Source: an uncultured Enterobacteriaceae bacterium (GTDB lineage Bacteria > Pseudomonadota > Gammaproteobacteria > Ga0077536). Taken from it: a stretch of DNA of 64,000 bases. The translations under genes were made by a program, and so were the position numbers. The stretch's first letter is position 1, and every line of letters starts with the position of its first letter. The notes beneath the pieces are model-generated. The model was not told the DNA's origin and did not search any database. It saw nothing but the letters and a program-made list of their open reading frames with translations. The DNA lies in NCBI GenBank assembly GCA_964523765.1, contig CAZFZX010000005.1, positions 329 to 64,328 of the forward strand, given 5' to 3'. Shown one piece after another: positions 17,591-27,272 of this stretch.

Positions 17591-20005
17591 ATGAAAGGTA
17601 TGCGCTATCGCTTAGCCGAACTGACATTGAAGCATCGCGTGTTTTCGGCGTTGCTACTCTTTGGTGCCACGGTATTTTTCGCTGTGGGACTGAAAAACGT
17701 CGAGCTGAAGACCATCTTCTCCGATCTGTTTCCCAAGACCCATCCTTTCGTCGAGACGTATACGGCGCACCCGAACTTCGGTAATCCCTTGACCGTCACC
17801 ATGATGGTCAAGCGCACGGACGGTCAGGACATTTACAATTTCGAAACGATTTCCAAAGTGTGGCGGATGACGCGCGAGATCGATCTCACGCCCGGCGTCG
17901 ACCACGATCAGATCCTCTCGATCACCACGGAGAAAGCGCGTTACGCCGAAGCGACGCCGTTCGGGGTCGATCTGCGCCCGTTGATGGACGACAAGGCGCC
18001 GGAGTCCCCCGAGGCTATCGCCGACTTTAAAAAGCGCGTCGACAAGGCGCCGAACGTCAGGACGTTTCTAATTTCCGGGGACGAGACCGCGACGATCGTC
18101 CAGGCGACCTTCATCGAGCAGAAGCTCGAATACGGCGTGGTGTTCGATTTTGTCCAGGAACTCGCCGAGAACGAACGCGACGCCGAACACGAGATTTATG
18201 TGGCCGGGCAGCCGGTCCTCACCGGGTGGGTGTATTTTTACGAGCACCAGATGCTCGGTATTTTTGCCATGACGGCGGCCGCCTTGCTGCTCTCACTCAT
18301 TATCTACATGCAGAATATTCCCGGTGTCGTGACGCCGCTCGCGGTCAGTATCGTCGCCGCGATTTGGGGTTTCGGCTTCGTCGGCTGGATTGGCGATCCC
18401 ATCGAGCCGCTGATCATGGTCGTACCTTTGCTGTTGGTGGCGCGTTCGTTCAGCCACTGTGTGCAGTTCATCGAGCGCTATTATGAGATCTATCATCAGA
18501 TCGGGGACCGCCGGAAGGCGGCCGAACTCGCGCTCGGCGTCATGATGGCGCCGGGGGTGCTCGGAATTGTGACCGACTCGGCGGGTTTGTTCCTGATCGC
18601 GGTGGCGCCGATCCCGGTGATGGAGCGCTTCGCGCTCTTCTGCGGCTTTTGGGCCCTGATTCTCGTGCCGGCGATCCTGTTTTTGTCGCCGATTATGTTG
18701 TCCTGGTTTCCGGCGCCGAAAAATGTCGCCGTGCTGATCGGTAAATCCGAGGAACGCACCTGGCACGACAGCATTATCGATCTGCTGCAGGTGATCGGGC
18801 GCGTGAGCCACGGCGCGGCGGCACGCGTCACTACTGTCATCGTGATTATCCTGTTCGTCGTCGGTCTGTCGCTCGCGATCCAGATCAAAGTCGGCAACCC
18901 GACCGAGGGCAGTAACCTGCTGTTCGAGGATTCCGACTTCAATACCGCGGTGCGCGCGATCAACTCTCATTTCCCCGGCCTGATGACGTTGGAGATCGTG
19001 TTCGAGGCCAAGGAGGAGCAGTCAGAAGAGGGGCGCGTGTTGCGCGCGAACGAAACGATACAGACGATGTGGGCGCTGCAGCGCCGCCTCGAAGCGGCGG
19101 ACAATCCGCCCGAGGCGACGCTGTCCTTCGCCGATTATCTGCCCGAAGCAAACCGTTTGTTCAGCGGCGGCAATCCGAAATGGGGGCCGATCGATACCAA
19201 CGACGATGCCTCGAACGCGGCGGTCGGCGCCTTGCTGCTCGGGTCGAGCACCAAGAACTACAGTCACGTCAGTGACTTTCAGCTGGAAAACGGTACGGTC
19301 TCCCTCTGGTATAAGGACAATAAACAGGACACGGTCGATGTCGCGCTGGAGCAAACGCGAGAGGCCCTCGACGCGATCGGTATCGACAAGCGTCGCTTCC
19401 GTGTCCGCCTTGGCACCGGCGCGATCGCCCTGCAGCAATCGGTCAACGACACCGTGGACACCTATCAGTGGATCATCCTCGGTCTCCTGAACTTGGTGAT
19501 CCTGTTCACCTGCAGCTTCGCCTACCGCTCAGTAGCGGCCGGTATTCTGCTTCTCATCCCCGTGAATTTTTCCAACATGCTGTTGGGCGCCGTGATGGTG
19601 TTGATGGGCATCGGCCTCGACGTGAACAGCCTCCCGATCGCGGCTATCGGCATCGGCGTCGGTATCGACTACGGTATCTACCTCCTGAGCCGGATCTGCG
19701 AGGAATTCAGGGACAATCAGCACCACGGCGAGGCCATCCAGGCGGCGGTGACGACCACGGGGAAGGCGATCTTCTTTACTGCGACCATCGTGCTCATCGG
19801 GATCCTGCCCTGGTATTTTCTGTCGGAGTTGAAGTTTCTTGCCGATATGGGTCTACTGCTGGTGATGATCATGTTGATCAATATGATCATCGCCCTGGTC
19901 GTGCTGCCGCTACTGGTCTATCTGTTCAAGCCGGGCTTCGTCGAGCGCGAACATTTGATCATCTCGGAGAACACCGACATCTCCGAACTGCTCGATACCG
20001 AATAA
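17591..20005 (+). CDS. RND-superfamily MMPL/HpnN-like transporter (12 TM, two periplasmic loops)
   Basis: 804 aa with two blocks of about six hydrophobic helices separated by large soluble loops. This matches the COG1033-type layout. Confidence 0.85.
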   Translation: MKGMRYRLAELTLKHRVFSALLLFGATVFFAVGLKNVELKTIFSDLFPKTHPFVETYTAHPNFGNPLTVTMMVKRTDGQDIYNFETISKVWRMTREIDLTPGVDHDQILSITTEKARYAEATPFGVDLRPLMDDKAPESPEAIADFKKRVDKAPNVRTFLISGDETATIVQATFIEQKLEYGVVFDFVQELAENERDAEHEIYVAGQPVLTGWVYFYEHQMLGIFAMTAAALLLSLIIYMQNIPGVVTPLAVSIVAAIWGFGFVGWIGDPIEPLIMVVPLLLVARSFSHCVQFIERYYEIYHQIGDRRKAAELALGVMMAPGVLGIVTDSAGLFLIAVAPIPVMERFALFCGFWALILVPAILFLSPIMLSWFPAPKNVAVLIGKSEERTWHDSIIDLLQVIGRVSHGAAARVTTVIVIILFVVGLSLAIQIKVGNPTEGSNLLFEDSDFNTAVRAINSHFPGLMTLEIVFEAKEEQSEEGRVLRANETIQTMWALQRRLEAADNPPEATLSFADYLPEANRLFSGGNPKWGPIDTNDDASNAAVGALLLGSSTKNYSHVSDFQLENGTVSLWYKDNKQDTVDVALEQTREALDAIGIDKRRFRVRLGTGAIALQQSVNDTVDTYQWIILGLLNLVILFTCSFAYRSVAAGILLLIPVNFSNMLLGAVMVLMGIGLDVNSLPIAAIGIGVGIDYGIYLLSRICEEFRDNQHHGEAIQAAVTTTGKAIFFTATIVLIGILPWYFLSELKFLADMGLLLVMIMLINMIIALVVLPLLVYLFKPGFVEREHLIISENTDISELLDTE

Positions 20006-20032
20006 ACGAAATTGAACGATAGGACCAAAATA

Positions 20033-21067
20033 ATGACTAGCTTTGTTAACCGACTCGCGCGCGGGCGCATCGGAGGCGCACACGTGCGTGCCCTTCTCGT
20101 CTTGGCGATCGCGACGTTGCCGTTTGCGGCCGCCGCGGAGGATGCGATTAGCGAGGCGATCGAAATCGTCCGCACCGGGATCGCTCACGACGCGCTCTAC
20201 GCGCTCGACATGAACGGTGAGAAAGGGGTTGCCATCGGTAACTTCGGGCTGATCCTCGAAACGGCAGACAGCGGCGCCACTTGGAACGTGACGGAGCCGG
20301 TGACCGAACAGGCGCTGCTCGGCATTGCAACCGACGGGGAGCGCCAGATCATCGTGGGTCAGGCAGCGACCGTGTTAACGCGCGTCGGCGGCGGGCAATG
20401 GGAGCAACTAGAAAACGACCTCAGCCAGCGCCTGCTGAACGTGGATTTCGACGACAATAGCGGTCTCGTTGTCGCCGTCGGCGAGTTCGGCGCGATTCTG
20501 CGCTCGCGCGACCACGGTAAAACCTGGGAATCGATTACGATCGACTGGATGCAGTACAACGACGAGGGCTACGAGCCCCACTTATACGACGTCGTTGTCA
20601 AAGACGAAAACACCGTGGTCGTGACGGGCGAGTTCGGACTGATCCTGTGGTCCGAGGATGGCGGCGGCACGTTTACGGCTCGGCACCAGGGGGACGAGTC
20701 GATCTTCGACATCCATCTCGACGCCGACGGTACCGGGAAGGGCTGGGCGGTGGGCCAGGACGGCGAAGTGCTGCGCAGCCAGGATGCCGGTCAGACCTGG
20801 GAAAACATCGATGCCGGTTCGGTCGCCAATCTGCTTGGGGTCTGGTCCGGTCAAGGCGAGGTCGTCATTATCGGGATCCGCGAATTACTGCGATCCAGCG
20901 ACGACGGTGAGACTTGGCGCAAGGCCGATGATATCAAGATCGTCCGTACCTGGTATCAGGGAATCGATGCCGGCGTCGCCGAGATCGGAGGCGACAGCGG
21001 ATTCCTCCGTACCCAGATCGTGTATATCGCCGGCTACAACGCCACTATATCCCGGATCTTGGAATAA
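20033..21067 (+). CDS. Ycf48-like / BNR (Asp-box) beta-propeller protein, secreted
   Basis: Signal peptide followed by five Asp-boxes: TADSGATW, SRDHGKTW, SEDGGGTF, SQDAGQTW, SSDDGETW. ATG at 20033 has RBS aggacc; the ORF track starts at TTG 20012. Confidence 0.8.
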   Translation: MTSFVNRLARGRIGGAHVRALLVLAIATLPFAAAAEDAISEAIEIVRTGIAHDALYALDMNGEKGVAIGNFGLILETADSGATWNVTEPVTEQALLGIATDGERQIIVGQAATVLTRVGGGQWEQLENDLSQRLLNVDFDDNSGLVVAVGEFGAILRSRDHGKTWESITIDWMQYNDEGYEPHLYDVVVKDENTVVVTGEFGLILWSEDGGGTFTARHQGDESIFDIHLDADGTGKGWAVGQDGEVLRSQDAGQTWENIDAGSVANLLGVWSGQGEVVIIGIRELLRSSDDGETWRKADDIKIVRTWYQGIDAGVAEIGGDSGFLRTQIVYIAGYNATISRILE

Positions 21068-21308
21068 AGCCTTAAGGCGGTCTCTGAGATTTGCTTGTGG
21101 CAATAACGCCACATTAAGTTAGGCCGCTGCGGGCGCGTACGGAAAAACGCAAAAAACGCTGTCCATCCGTTTGAAATCCGTTATACTAGCAAGCGATTGA
21201 CGCTGGCAGCGCGACTGCCGGTTGTGACGGAGATACAACATTCAGGGGCGAAGTTGTGGCCGTCAGGGGTGATAAAAAAACTACAGTTCTATCTAGAGGA
21301 GAGCGGGA

Positions 21309-23558
21309 GTGAACAGAACTAAGCTCGCAACCATTTTCACCGCGGTGGGAATGCTGGCAATCTTTTTGGTACCGAACATCGCACTGGCCATCGACTGGAG
21401 CTTTACCGGCTTCGTCCGCCAGGAAATTGCGGTATCGATCACGAACGACAAGAACCCCAACAACGCGTCGACGAATGCGTATACGGAAGGTGCGACACCG
21501 GCGACGACGTCGAACCCGGCCGTATCCGGCCAAGCGCCGGCGGCGGTTGTGTTCAACCCGGGCGGCGCATTTTTCGCGGGCCTGCCGGCGGAAGAACGAG
21601 GCGTCTTCTCTTTCAGCCCCTCGACCTGCCCCTTCTTCGAAGGTACGGACCCCCTCGGCGCTGGCGGCTCTGAGACCCCGCTAGGGGCGCTTAACGCGGC
21701 GCTTATCGCCGCCGGCGGCGATCCCTGTGTACCGAATCTGGGCGGTGACGGCATCGCCGAAGACAAGACCATCAACATGTTCAACTCGCGCGCCGAGTTG
21801 GACATCCAGGCGAACAACATTACGGACAACATCAACGCCTTCATGAAGCTGCGTGTGTACTTCAACGGTACCAGCAACTTCAACGACGAGATCGTCGGCG
21901 ATCATTTCCAGGAAAACTTTTACGGCAATCGCGGCAACTTGCTCGAAGTGCAGTCCAACGACATCATGGTCGATATCCCTTCGCTGTATTTCGACTACAA
22001 CAAGGGCCCGCTCTGGATTCGGCTCGGTCAGCAGCAGATCGCCTGGGGCGAAGCGCTGTTCTTCCGCGTCTTTGACGTTGCCAACGGTCTGGATCTCCGC
22101 CGCCACTTTTTCCTCGACGTGGCCGCCGAAGAGTATTCCGACGAGCGGATCGCGAGCCCGGGAGTGCGCGTCAGCTACACGTTCAAGAACGGCATCGAAC
22201 TCGATGGCTTCGTGCAGATGTTCAGCCCGACCCTCCTGCCCGGCATGAACACGACCTACAATGTCGTCACCTCGGGTTTCTCCTGGGATAACCGGATCGA
22301 ACTCGACGAGGCGAAGAACACGCTCAACTACGGTATGCGTGCCATCTGGCCCGTCAACGACCAGTTGACCATGCAGGTGATGGCGGTCAACCGGCGCAAC
22401 CCGGACGGCGTAACGCGCTGGCACGATGCGCCGCGGACTCTGGATAACGGTCGGCCGAATCCGTTTTGTGCGGGTCGCACCTTAGCCCTCACGACCGCCG
22501 CGCTGGCTGGTGGCCCGGATTTCTCGGCGCTCCTTGGCTCGCCATTCGGCGGTACGATCGATCTGAGCGCGGCGGAAATCGGGATGCTGACGGGAGCTAC
22601 CCCGCTCAGCCGGACGAAATACACCGAGAACGGCTGCGGCTCCTTCTTCGCCCCCGACGCACTCGGCGGCAGCTCCGGCCATAACTGGTACAACCTTGCG
22701 CCGCAGGCCCGGATCGACTCCGCCGCCGCGGTGGCCGCGAGCATCAACCTGACGCAGATATCCAGCCTCGAGTCCCGCGAGGGCTTCGGTCTCCCGGATG
22801 AATACGGCCGGGCGAGCCGCGGGATCACGCTTGGGGTCGATGATGCCGTCACACGCTACGGTTCGATCAAAGCTGCCGCGCACAACACGCTCGATGCGTT
22901 CTATACCGGTTTCGGTTCGCTGCGCGGTTGGATCACGCGCGAGTTCAAGCGCGAATCGATCTTCGGTTTTGGCGGAACCTATATTTTCAACACCGAGGAC
23001 CAAGAGAGCTTTTTCAATCAGCTCATCCTCCGTGGCGAAATGAGTTACACGCCGGACAAGCGCTTCACGGCGATGGACTTGGGGGGTGATTGGATCGAAG
23101 AGGACGAGTTCACCGCCTCGGTTGTGGCGGAGAAATGGCATCGTTGGACGGACAAGGTGCCGGGAATGTACATGGTCGCGGAGTGGATGATCAAAACCGA
23201 GTCCGACCTTTACGGCCGCCACCTGAGTGGTTCGGAGAATACGCCAGGCTTGGGTCTGAATGCCGACGGCACCTATCAGGACGACGGGATCCCCGACGGT
23301 TCGGATTACTTCAACGCCGTGGTGTTTGCGTTCCAGCAACCGTTCCCGAACCTGGTGTGGCGCCTCGATTCGTCGTTCCTGCTCGACCTCGAGGGCGGCT
23401 GGTTCTTGCAAACCGGCGTCCGGTATCGGCCGAGCGCACACTTCCAGTTCGACATCTATGCGAACATTGCGCAGGACGGCGGCGACAAGAACGACGATAT
23501 CATTGAGACCACGGACTGGGCCGACGAAGTCTTCGTCCGCGCGACGTACTTCTTCTAA
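21309..23558 (+). CDS. DUF1302-family outer-membrane beta-barrel protein
   Basis: 749 aa. Signal peptide, hallmark LWIRLGQQQIAWGEALFFRVFDVANGLD, and an aromatic C-terminus (VRATYFF) typical of OM barrels. Confidence 0.75.
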   Translation: MNRTKLATIFTAVGMLAIFLVPNIALAIDWSFTGFVRQEIAVSITNDKNPNNASTNAYTEGATPATTSNPAVSGQAPAAVVFNPGGAFFAGLPAEERGVFSFSPSTCPFFEGTDPLGAGGSETPLGALNAALIAAGGDPCVPNLGGDGIAEDKTINMFNSRAELDIQANNITDNINAFMKLRVYFNGTSNFNDEIVGDHFQENFYGNRGNLLEVQSNDIMVDIPSLYFDYNKGPLWIRLGQQQIAWGEALFFRVFDVANGLDLRRHFFLDVAAEEYSDERIASPGVRVSYTFKNGIELDGFVQMFSPTLLPGMNTTYNVVTSGFSWDNRIELDEAKNTLNYGMRAIWPVNDQLTMQVMAVNRRNPDGVTRWHDAPRTLDNGRPNPFCAGRTLALTTAALAGGPDFSALLGSPFGGTIDLSAAEIGMLTGATPLSRTKYTENGCGSFFAPDALGGSSGHNWYNLAPQARIDSAAAVAASINLTQISSLESREGFGLPDEYGRASRGITLGVDDAVTRYGSIKAAAHNTLDAFYTGFGSLRGWITREFKRESIFGFGGTYIFNTEDQESFFNQLILRGEMSYTPDKRFTAMDLGGDWIEEDEFTASVVAEKWHRWTDKVPGMYMVAEWMIKTESDLYGRHLSGSENTPGLGLNADGTYQDDGIPDGSDYFNAVVFAFQQPFPNLVWRLDSSFLLDLEGGWFLQTGVRYRPSAHFQFDIYANIAQDGGDKNDDIIETTDWADEVFVRATYFF

Positions 23559-23587
23559 GCTAGAACCGGGGATTCAATCTCCCTTTC

Positions 23588-23620
23588 AGAGCCGGCCTTT
23601 TGGCCGGCTCTTTTATTTCT
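23588..23620 (+). terminator. rho-independent terminator after the DUF1302 gene
   Basis: agagccggcc-tttt-ggccggctct followed by tttatttct. Confidence 0.7.
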
Positions 23621-23649
23621 GGGCTAGCCTCAGTCAGGATTGTCGTTTA

Positions 23650-23903
23650 AGCTAATTGTTCGACCCCTCGTTCGCATCGAACCTCAATTCACGCCCGAGG
23701 TGAGTTCCTCCGTCATTCCTGCGAAAGCAGGAAACCAGTCAAAAAGGCCCGCTTCCAGCGGCCGTCATTTTACTGGATGCCGGAGCTAGGACCGTTCCTG
23801 CGATCCCGGCGCACTTCCGCCATCTGATGTGCATGGATGCACAAATGCCGCGATGGCAGGATGCCAGAGAGCGGGCATGGCGGTCGCAAGTTCGGCATGA
23901 CGG
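23650..23903. repeat. family A repeat copy 3 (composite, degenerate ends)
   Basis: Modules cgtcattcctgcgaaagcaggaa and actggatgccgg-[gctaggaccgttcctgcgatcc...cacttccgccatc...]-cggcatgacgg, shared with copies 2, 5 and 8. Confidence 0.55.
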
Positions 23904-23990
23904 GGGGCGGGGTCGGTCGGCGCGGCGTTTGCAGACAGCGATCGTGCTAATGTACTGCTAGCTATTCTCGTAGAGCCAGAGGGCCATTTG

Positions 23991-24650
23991 ATGGATGACA
24001 CAGCTATGAACCAACTCGGCGGAGACATGTGGGCCGCCGCGCGCTCGCTGCTCGAATTGGGCGGGCCCGTGGTGGCCGTTCTCATGGTGATCTCCGTGTT
24101 CGGGTTCGCCATTGCAATCTACAAATTCTTCCAGTTTTCCACCTTGAGCCCCGGCCGCTTCAAAGCGCTCCATACCGCGCTCGGCAAATGGCAGGCAAGC
24201 CCGGAGGAGTGTTTGCAGCGCCTCGAAAAGTCTCGGCTCGGCCTCGGCCCGATCATGAAATTCGGCCTCGACCATCGCGATGAGCCCGACACCGAGGAAT
24301 TGCGCGAAGAACTCGCCCGCCAGGCGACCAATTTCCTCCAACCCTATGGGCGCTACCTGCGGCCCCTGGAACTCATCTACTATCTCGCACCGGTGTTGGG
24401 CCTGCTCGGGACGGTGCTCGGGATGATCGAGGCCTTCCGCGGCCTCGAGGCGAGCTCCGGTCTGGACAAGGATTCGACCGCGCTCGCCGGCGGCATCTGG
24501 GAGGCATTGCTGACGACCGCGGTCGGTCTTTCGATCGCCATTCCTTTTACCGTGGTGCACGCGTGGCTCGAGACCCGCCTCGATGCCGCGACGGCGCAGG
24601 TATCCGATCTGCTCACGCGCGTCATGACCATCAACGTTGGGTCGAAGTAG
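23991..24650 (+). CDS. exbB: MotA/TolQ/ExbB-family proton channel
   Basis: About 219 aa with three TM helices. Signature APVLGLLGTVLGMIEAF and GGIWEALLTTAVGLSIAIPF. Confidence 0.85.
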   Translation: MDDTAMNQLGGDMWAAARSLLELGGPVVAVLMVISVFGFAIAIYKFFQFSTLSPGRFKALHTALGKWQASPEECLQRLEKSRLGLGPIMKFGLDHRDEPDTEELREELARQATNFLQPYGRYLRPLELIYYLAPVLGLLGTVLGMIEAFRGLEASSGLDKDSTALAGGIWEALLTTAVGLSIAIPFTVVHAWLETRLDAATAQVSDLLTRVMTINVGSK

Positions 24651-24657
24651 CGAATTG

Positions 24658-24775
24658 CGTGTTCGGAAAAATGCTTCACTTCTCTAGCTGTACCAGCGCC
24701 CGTCGTACCGGCGCCCGTCATACCGGGCTCGACCCGGTATCCAGTAAGAAAGCCCGCCGCAGGCGGACATTGCTT
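24658..24775. repeat. family A repeat copy 4 (partial)
   Basis: gtgttcggaaaaatgcttcac ... gtcataccgggctcgacccggtatccagtaagaaagcccgccgcaggcggacattg. It sits between exbB and exbD. Confidence 0.6.
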
Positions 24776-24789
24776 GGCTGCACCGCGCG

Positions 24790-25194
24790 ATGATCGCAAT
24801 CCAGCGCCGACGACGTTCGTCCAGGCTGTCGCTGACGCCGTTGATCGACGTCGTGTTCATTTTGTTGATCTTCTTTATGTTGGAGAGCGATTTTTTAAGG
24901 CCCTACGTCATGGAACTCGCGCAAGCCGGCGGCGGCGCCCGTGAAGCAGGCGCGAAGACGACGCCGATCTCGATCGAATTGCACAGCGACCGGACGATAT
25001 GGATCAACAAGGCGTCTTTTCCGATGCAGAACGTGGAGCATGCCATCGTTGAACTCAATCCCGCGGAGGATTCACCCGTGGTCGTCGCGGCCGATCCGGG
25101 CGTCCCGCTGCAGCGCGCGGTGAGCATCATCGATATCCTGCAACGCCGCGGACTGACCAACATCGCGCTCACCGAAGCGGAGCGCTTCGATTGA
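24790..25194 (+). CDS. exbD: ExbD/TolR-family protein (canonical TM Asp)
   Basis: 134 aa. TM segment is SLTPLIDVVFILLIFFM, with Asp20 encoded by GAC at 24847-24849. Confidence 0.85.
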   Translation: MIAIQRRRRSSRLSLTPLIDVVFILLIFFMLESDFLRPYVMELAQAGGGAREAGAKTTPISIELHSDRTIWINKASFPMQNVEHAIVELNPAEDSPVVVAADPGVPLQRAVSIIDILQRRGLTNIALTEAERFD

Positions 25195-25213
25195 GGGCAA
25201 AAAATAGAATAGT

Positions 25214-25265
25214 GGGGTCAGACCCCTTTAGTAGCTCATTAATGGGGTCTGACCCCATTTTTTCC
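25214..25265 (+). terminator. terminator-like hairpin built from two inverted GGGGTCAGACCCC units
   Basis: ggggtcagacccc (25214-25226) and ggggtctgacccc (25244-25256) form a 13-bp stem followed by attttttcc. It lies between the two exbD genes. Confidence 0.5.
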
Positions 25266-25273
25266 GTTTTCTT

Positions 25274-25696
25274 ATGTTAGATCCCAAAACGCGAAAATTT
25301 GGTTCGGTCGGCGGCAGGCACGTGAGTCCCTCGCACGAACGGCGTCCCGAAAATGTCGTGCCCATGATCAACATCGTCTTTTTGCTGCTGCTTTACTTCA
25401 TGGTCGCCGGTAATCTGCATATCGACTTGGAGGTGACCCCACCCACTTCCGCGGCCTCGACCCAGCCATCGCCGAACGTGCTCCAGATTGCGATCACGGC
25501 GGCCGGCAAGGTCCAGTACCGCGGCGGCAGCATCGCCATCCCGCAGATTGAACTCGAGCTTAAGAATGATTTCAAAGACCAGGTAGTCCAGCTTTCGGCG
25601 GATGCGCAGACCGATGCGATATTGGTCGCCCAGGCGGTTGCATCCCTGTCCAAGGTCGGCGTCAAGCAGATCACACTGTTGACATTGAAGCACTAG
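25274..25696 (+). CDS. ExbD/TolR-family paralogue with Asn in place of the TM Asp
   Basis: 140 aa. TM segment is VPMINIVFLLLLYFMV. Codon 33 is AAC (25370-25372) where ExbD/TolR normally carry the essential Asp. Confidence 0.8.
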   Translation: MLDPKTRKFGSVGGRHVSPSHERRPENVVPMINIVFLLLLYFMVAGNLHIDLEVTPPTSAASTQPSPNVLQIAITAAGKVQYRGGSIAIPQIELELKNDFKDQVVQLSADAQTDAILVAQAVASLSKVGVKQITLLTLKH

Positions 25697-25937
25697 ATAA
25701 TTGATCCGAAATGCGCTTCACGTTGTTCGTAGGTCCGTCTGCCGTCACCCCGGACTTGTGACCTACAGGGACGTAGGAAATGCGAAAGGATTGCAGGAGC
25801 AATCCTCGCTCCGGGGTCCAGTCAAACAATGTCCGCCCGCGGCGGGCTTTTTCTACTGGATGCCGGATCCGTCACCCCGGACTCGATCCGGGGCCGGCAT
25901 GACGAAAGTGATCGATATTTCGGAACAGTTATCTGAG
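25693..25937. mobile_element. MITE-like element, family A copy 5 (inverted relative to copy 1, with nested insertions)
   Basis: Collinear with the reverse complement of copy 1, plus two extra hairpin modules inserted into existing hairpin loops. The left end ctag contains the TAG stop of exbD2. Confidence 0.75.
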
Positions 25938-25993
25938 CCTAGCGAATCATCAGCCGATTTTCCTCGGGAGAACGCCCAACCCTTGGACGGTAG

Positions 25994-26078
25994 AACCACG
26001 GAGAACACGAAGATCAGTAAATCGAGATCCATTAGAACTATTCATTGAATCTCCGTGTTCTTCGTGTTCTCCGTGGTT
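25994..26078. repeat. long hairpin repeat, family C copy 1
   Basis: Perfect 20-bp arms aaccacggagaacacgaaga / tcttcgtgttctccgtggtt around an AT-rich loop of about 45 nt. Confidence 0.65.
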
Positions 26079-26171
26079 AAATGCATGCGATTATTAGTAA
26101 TTGGCTCGAACCCACCGAAAAGCCCCCGGTGGTGGATGTGACAGGCTCAGGGCTCACGAAGTAAGCGAACT

Positions 26172-27272
26172 ATGAAGCGACTGATTATTTGGCCCCTGTT
26201 GTTCGGCATCTCGCTGATCACCCATGCCATCATCTCGTGGCGGGTGGGGCAGGACATCGACAACGCAAAGTACGCGACCGAAGACGTCGAGATCCACATT
26301 ACGCTCGCGGATCCGCCGAAACCAAAACCCGTCGAACGGCCCCCCCCTGAGGACACGTTGGAGTTCGAGGAGGAGTTTGAGATCGAGCCGCCGGACATGT
26401 TGATCGCGCCGCAGGCGGTGACGCCGCCGCCGCCGGACGTACCGCTAGCTTTGCGTGCCGATTCCGGCGGCATGACCGGGTTTGAGTTGACCAACCCGGT
26501 CTCCGCGCTGCCGCTCGGCGAGGGTTTTGGTACGGCCGGTTTCGGTCGTGGCATCGGTAACGCACTTGGGAATTCTTCGAATCGCTTTGCCGCCTACGTG
26601 TCCGGACTGCGCAACGCCGGACTCGACGTCGTTTTCGTGATCGACGCGACTGGTTCCATGTCGTGGGCGATCGACGAGGTCAAGATCCGCATTCACGATA
26701 TCTTGCAGACCGTGCGTACCCTGGTTCCGGCCGCACGCTTCGGTCTGGTCGCGTTTCGCGATCGCAAAGATCCGGAATTCGTCGTCCGCACGCAGCCGCT
26801 GACCTACAGCACGGCGAAGCTGCGGCGTTTTCTCGACCCCCTCGAAGCGGTCGGTGGCGGTGATCAGTATGAGGACATCACCGAAGGTGTGGCCGCCGGC
26901 ATCGAGGAGAGCGGTTGGCGTGCCGGTGCGCGGCGCATCCTGATCGTCGTCGGCGATGCGCCGCCGCGGCGCGAGAAAGTCGGCCCCCTCGTTCACCGGA
27001 TCGAGAACTTCGCGGCGATCGGCGGTACGGTATCGACATTGGACATCGGTCCGCAGGCGAACCCGGGCCTGGTCGAGGCCAAGGTCGGTCGCTCGGTCAA
27101 CCGGGCTTTGTTTCGTAACGCACCCTTATACGAATTTCAGATCATGGCCGATGCCGGCGGTGGAGATGCCGCCACCCTGGACGGCGATGTGAAGATCACG
27201 AAGCGTCTGATCACTTTGATCATGGGCGAGCAGTTCGCCGCCGAGATGCGCGCACTGCTCGAGGTGATCTGA
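26172..27272 (+). CDS. TonB-like N-terminal anchor and Pro-rich spacer fused to a von Willebrand factor A (vWA) domain
   Basis: 366 aa. Single TM with an S-x3-H motif (GISLITHAII). Pro/Glu-rich linker (PPKPKPVERPPPED...VTPPPPDVP). vWA domain with a MIDAS-like motif (VVFVIDATGSMS ... ILIVVGDAPP). I recognised no TonB C-terminal domain. Confidence 0.8.
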   Translation: MKRLIIWPLLFGISLITHAIISWRVGQDIDNAKYATEDVEIHITLADPPKPKPVERPPPEDTLEFEEEFEIEPPDMLIAPQAVTPPPPDVPLALRADSGGMTGFELTNPVSALPLGEGFGTAGFGRGIGNALGNSSNRFAAYVSGLRNAGLDVVFVIDATGSMSWAIDEVKIRIHDILQTVRTLVPAARFGLVAFRDRKDPEFVVRTQPLTYSTAKLRRFLDPLEAVGGGDQYEDITEGVAAGIEESGWRAGARRILIVVGDAPPRREKVGPLVHRIENFAAIGGTVSTLDIGPQANPGLVEAKVGRSVNRALFRNAPLYEFQIMADAGGGDAATLDGDVKITKRLITLIMGEQFAAEMRALLEVI

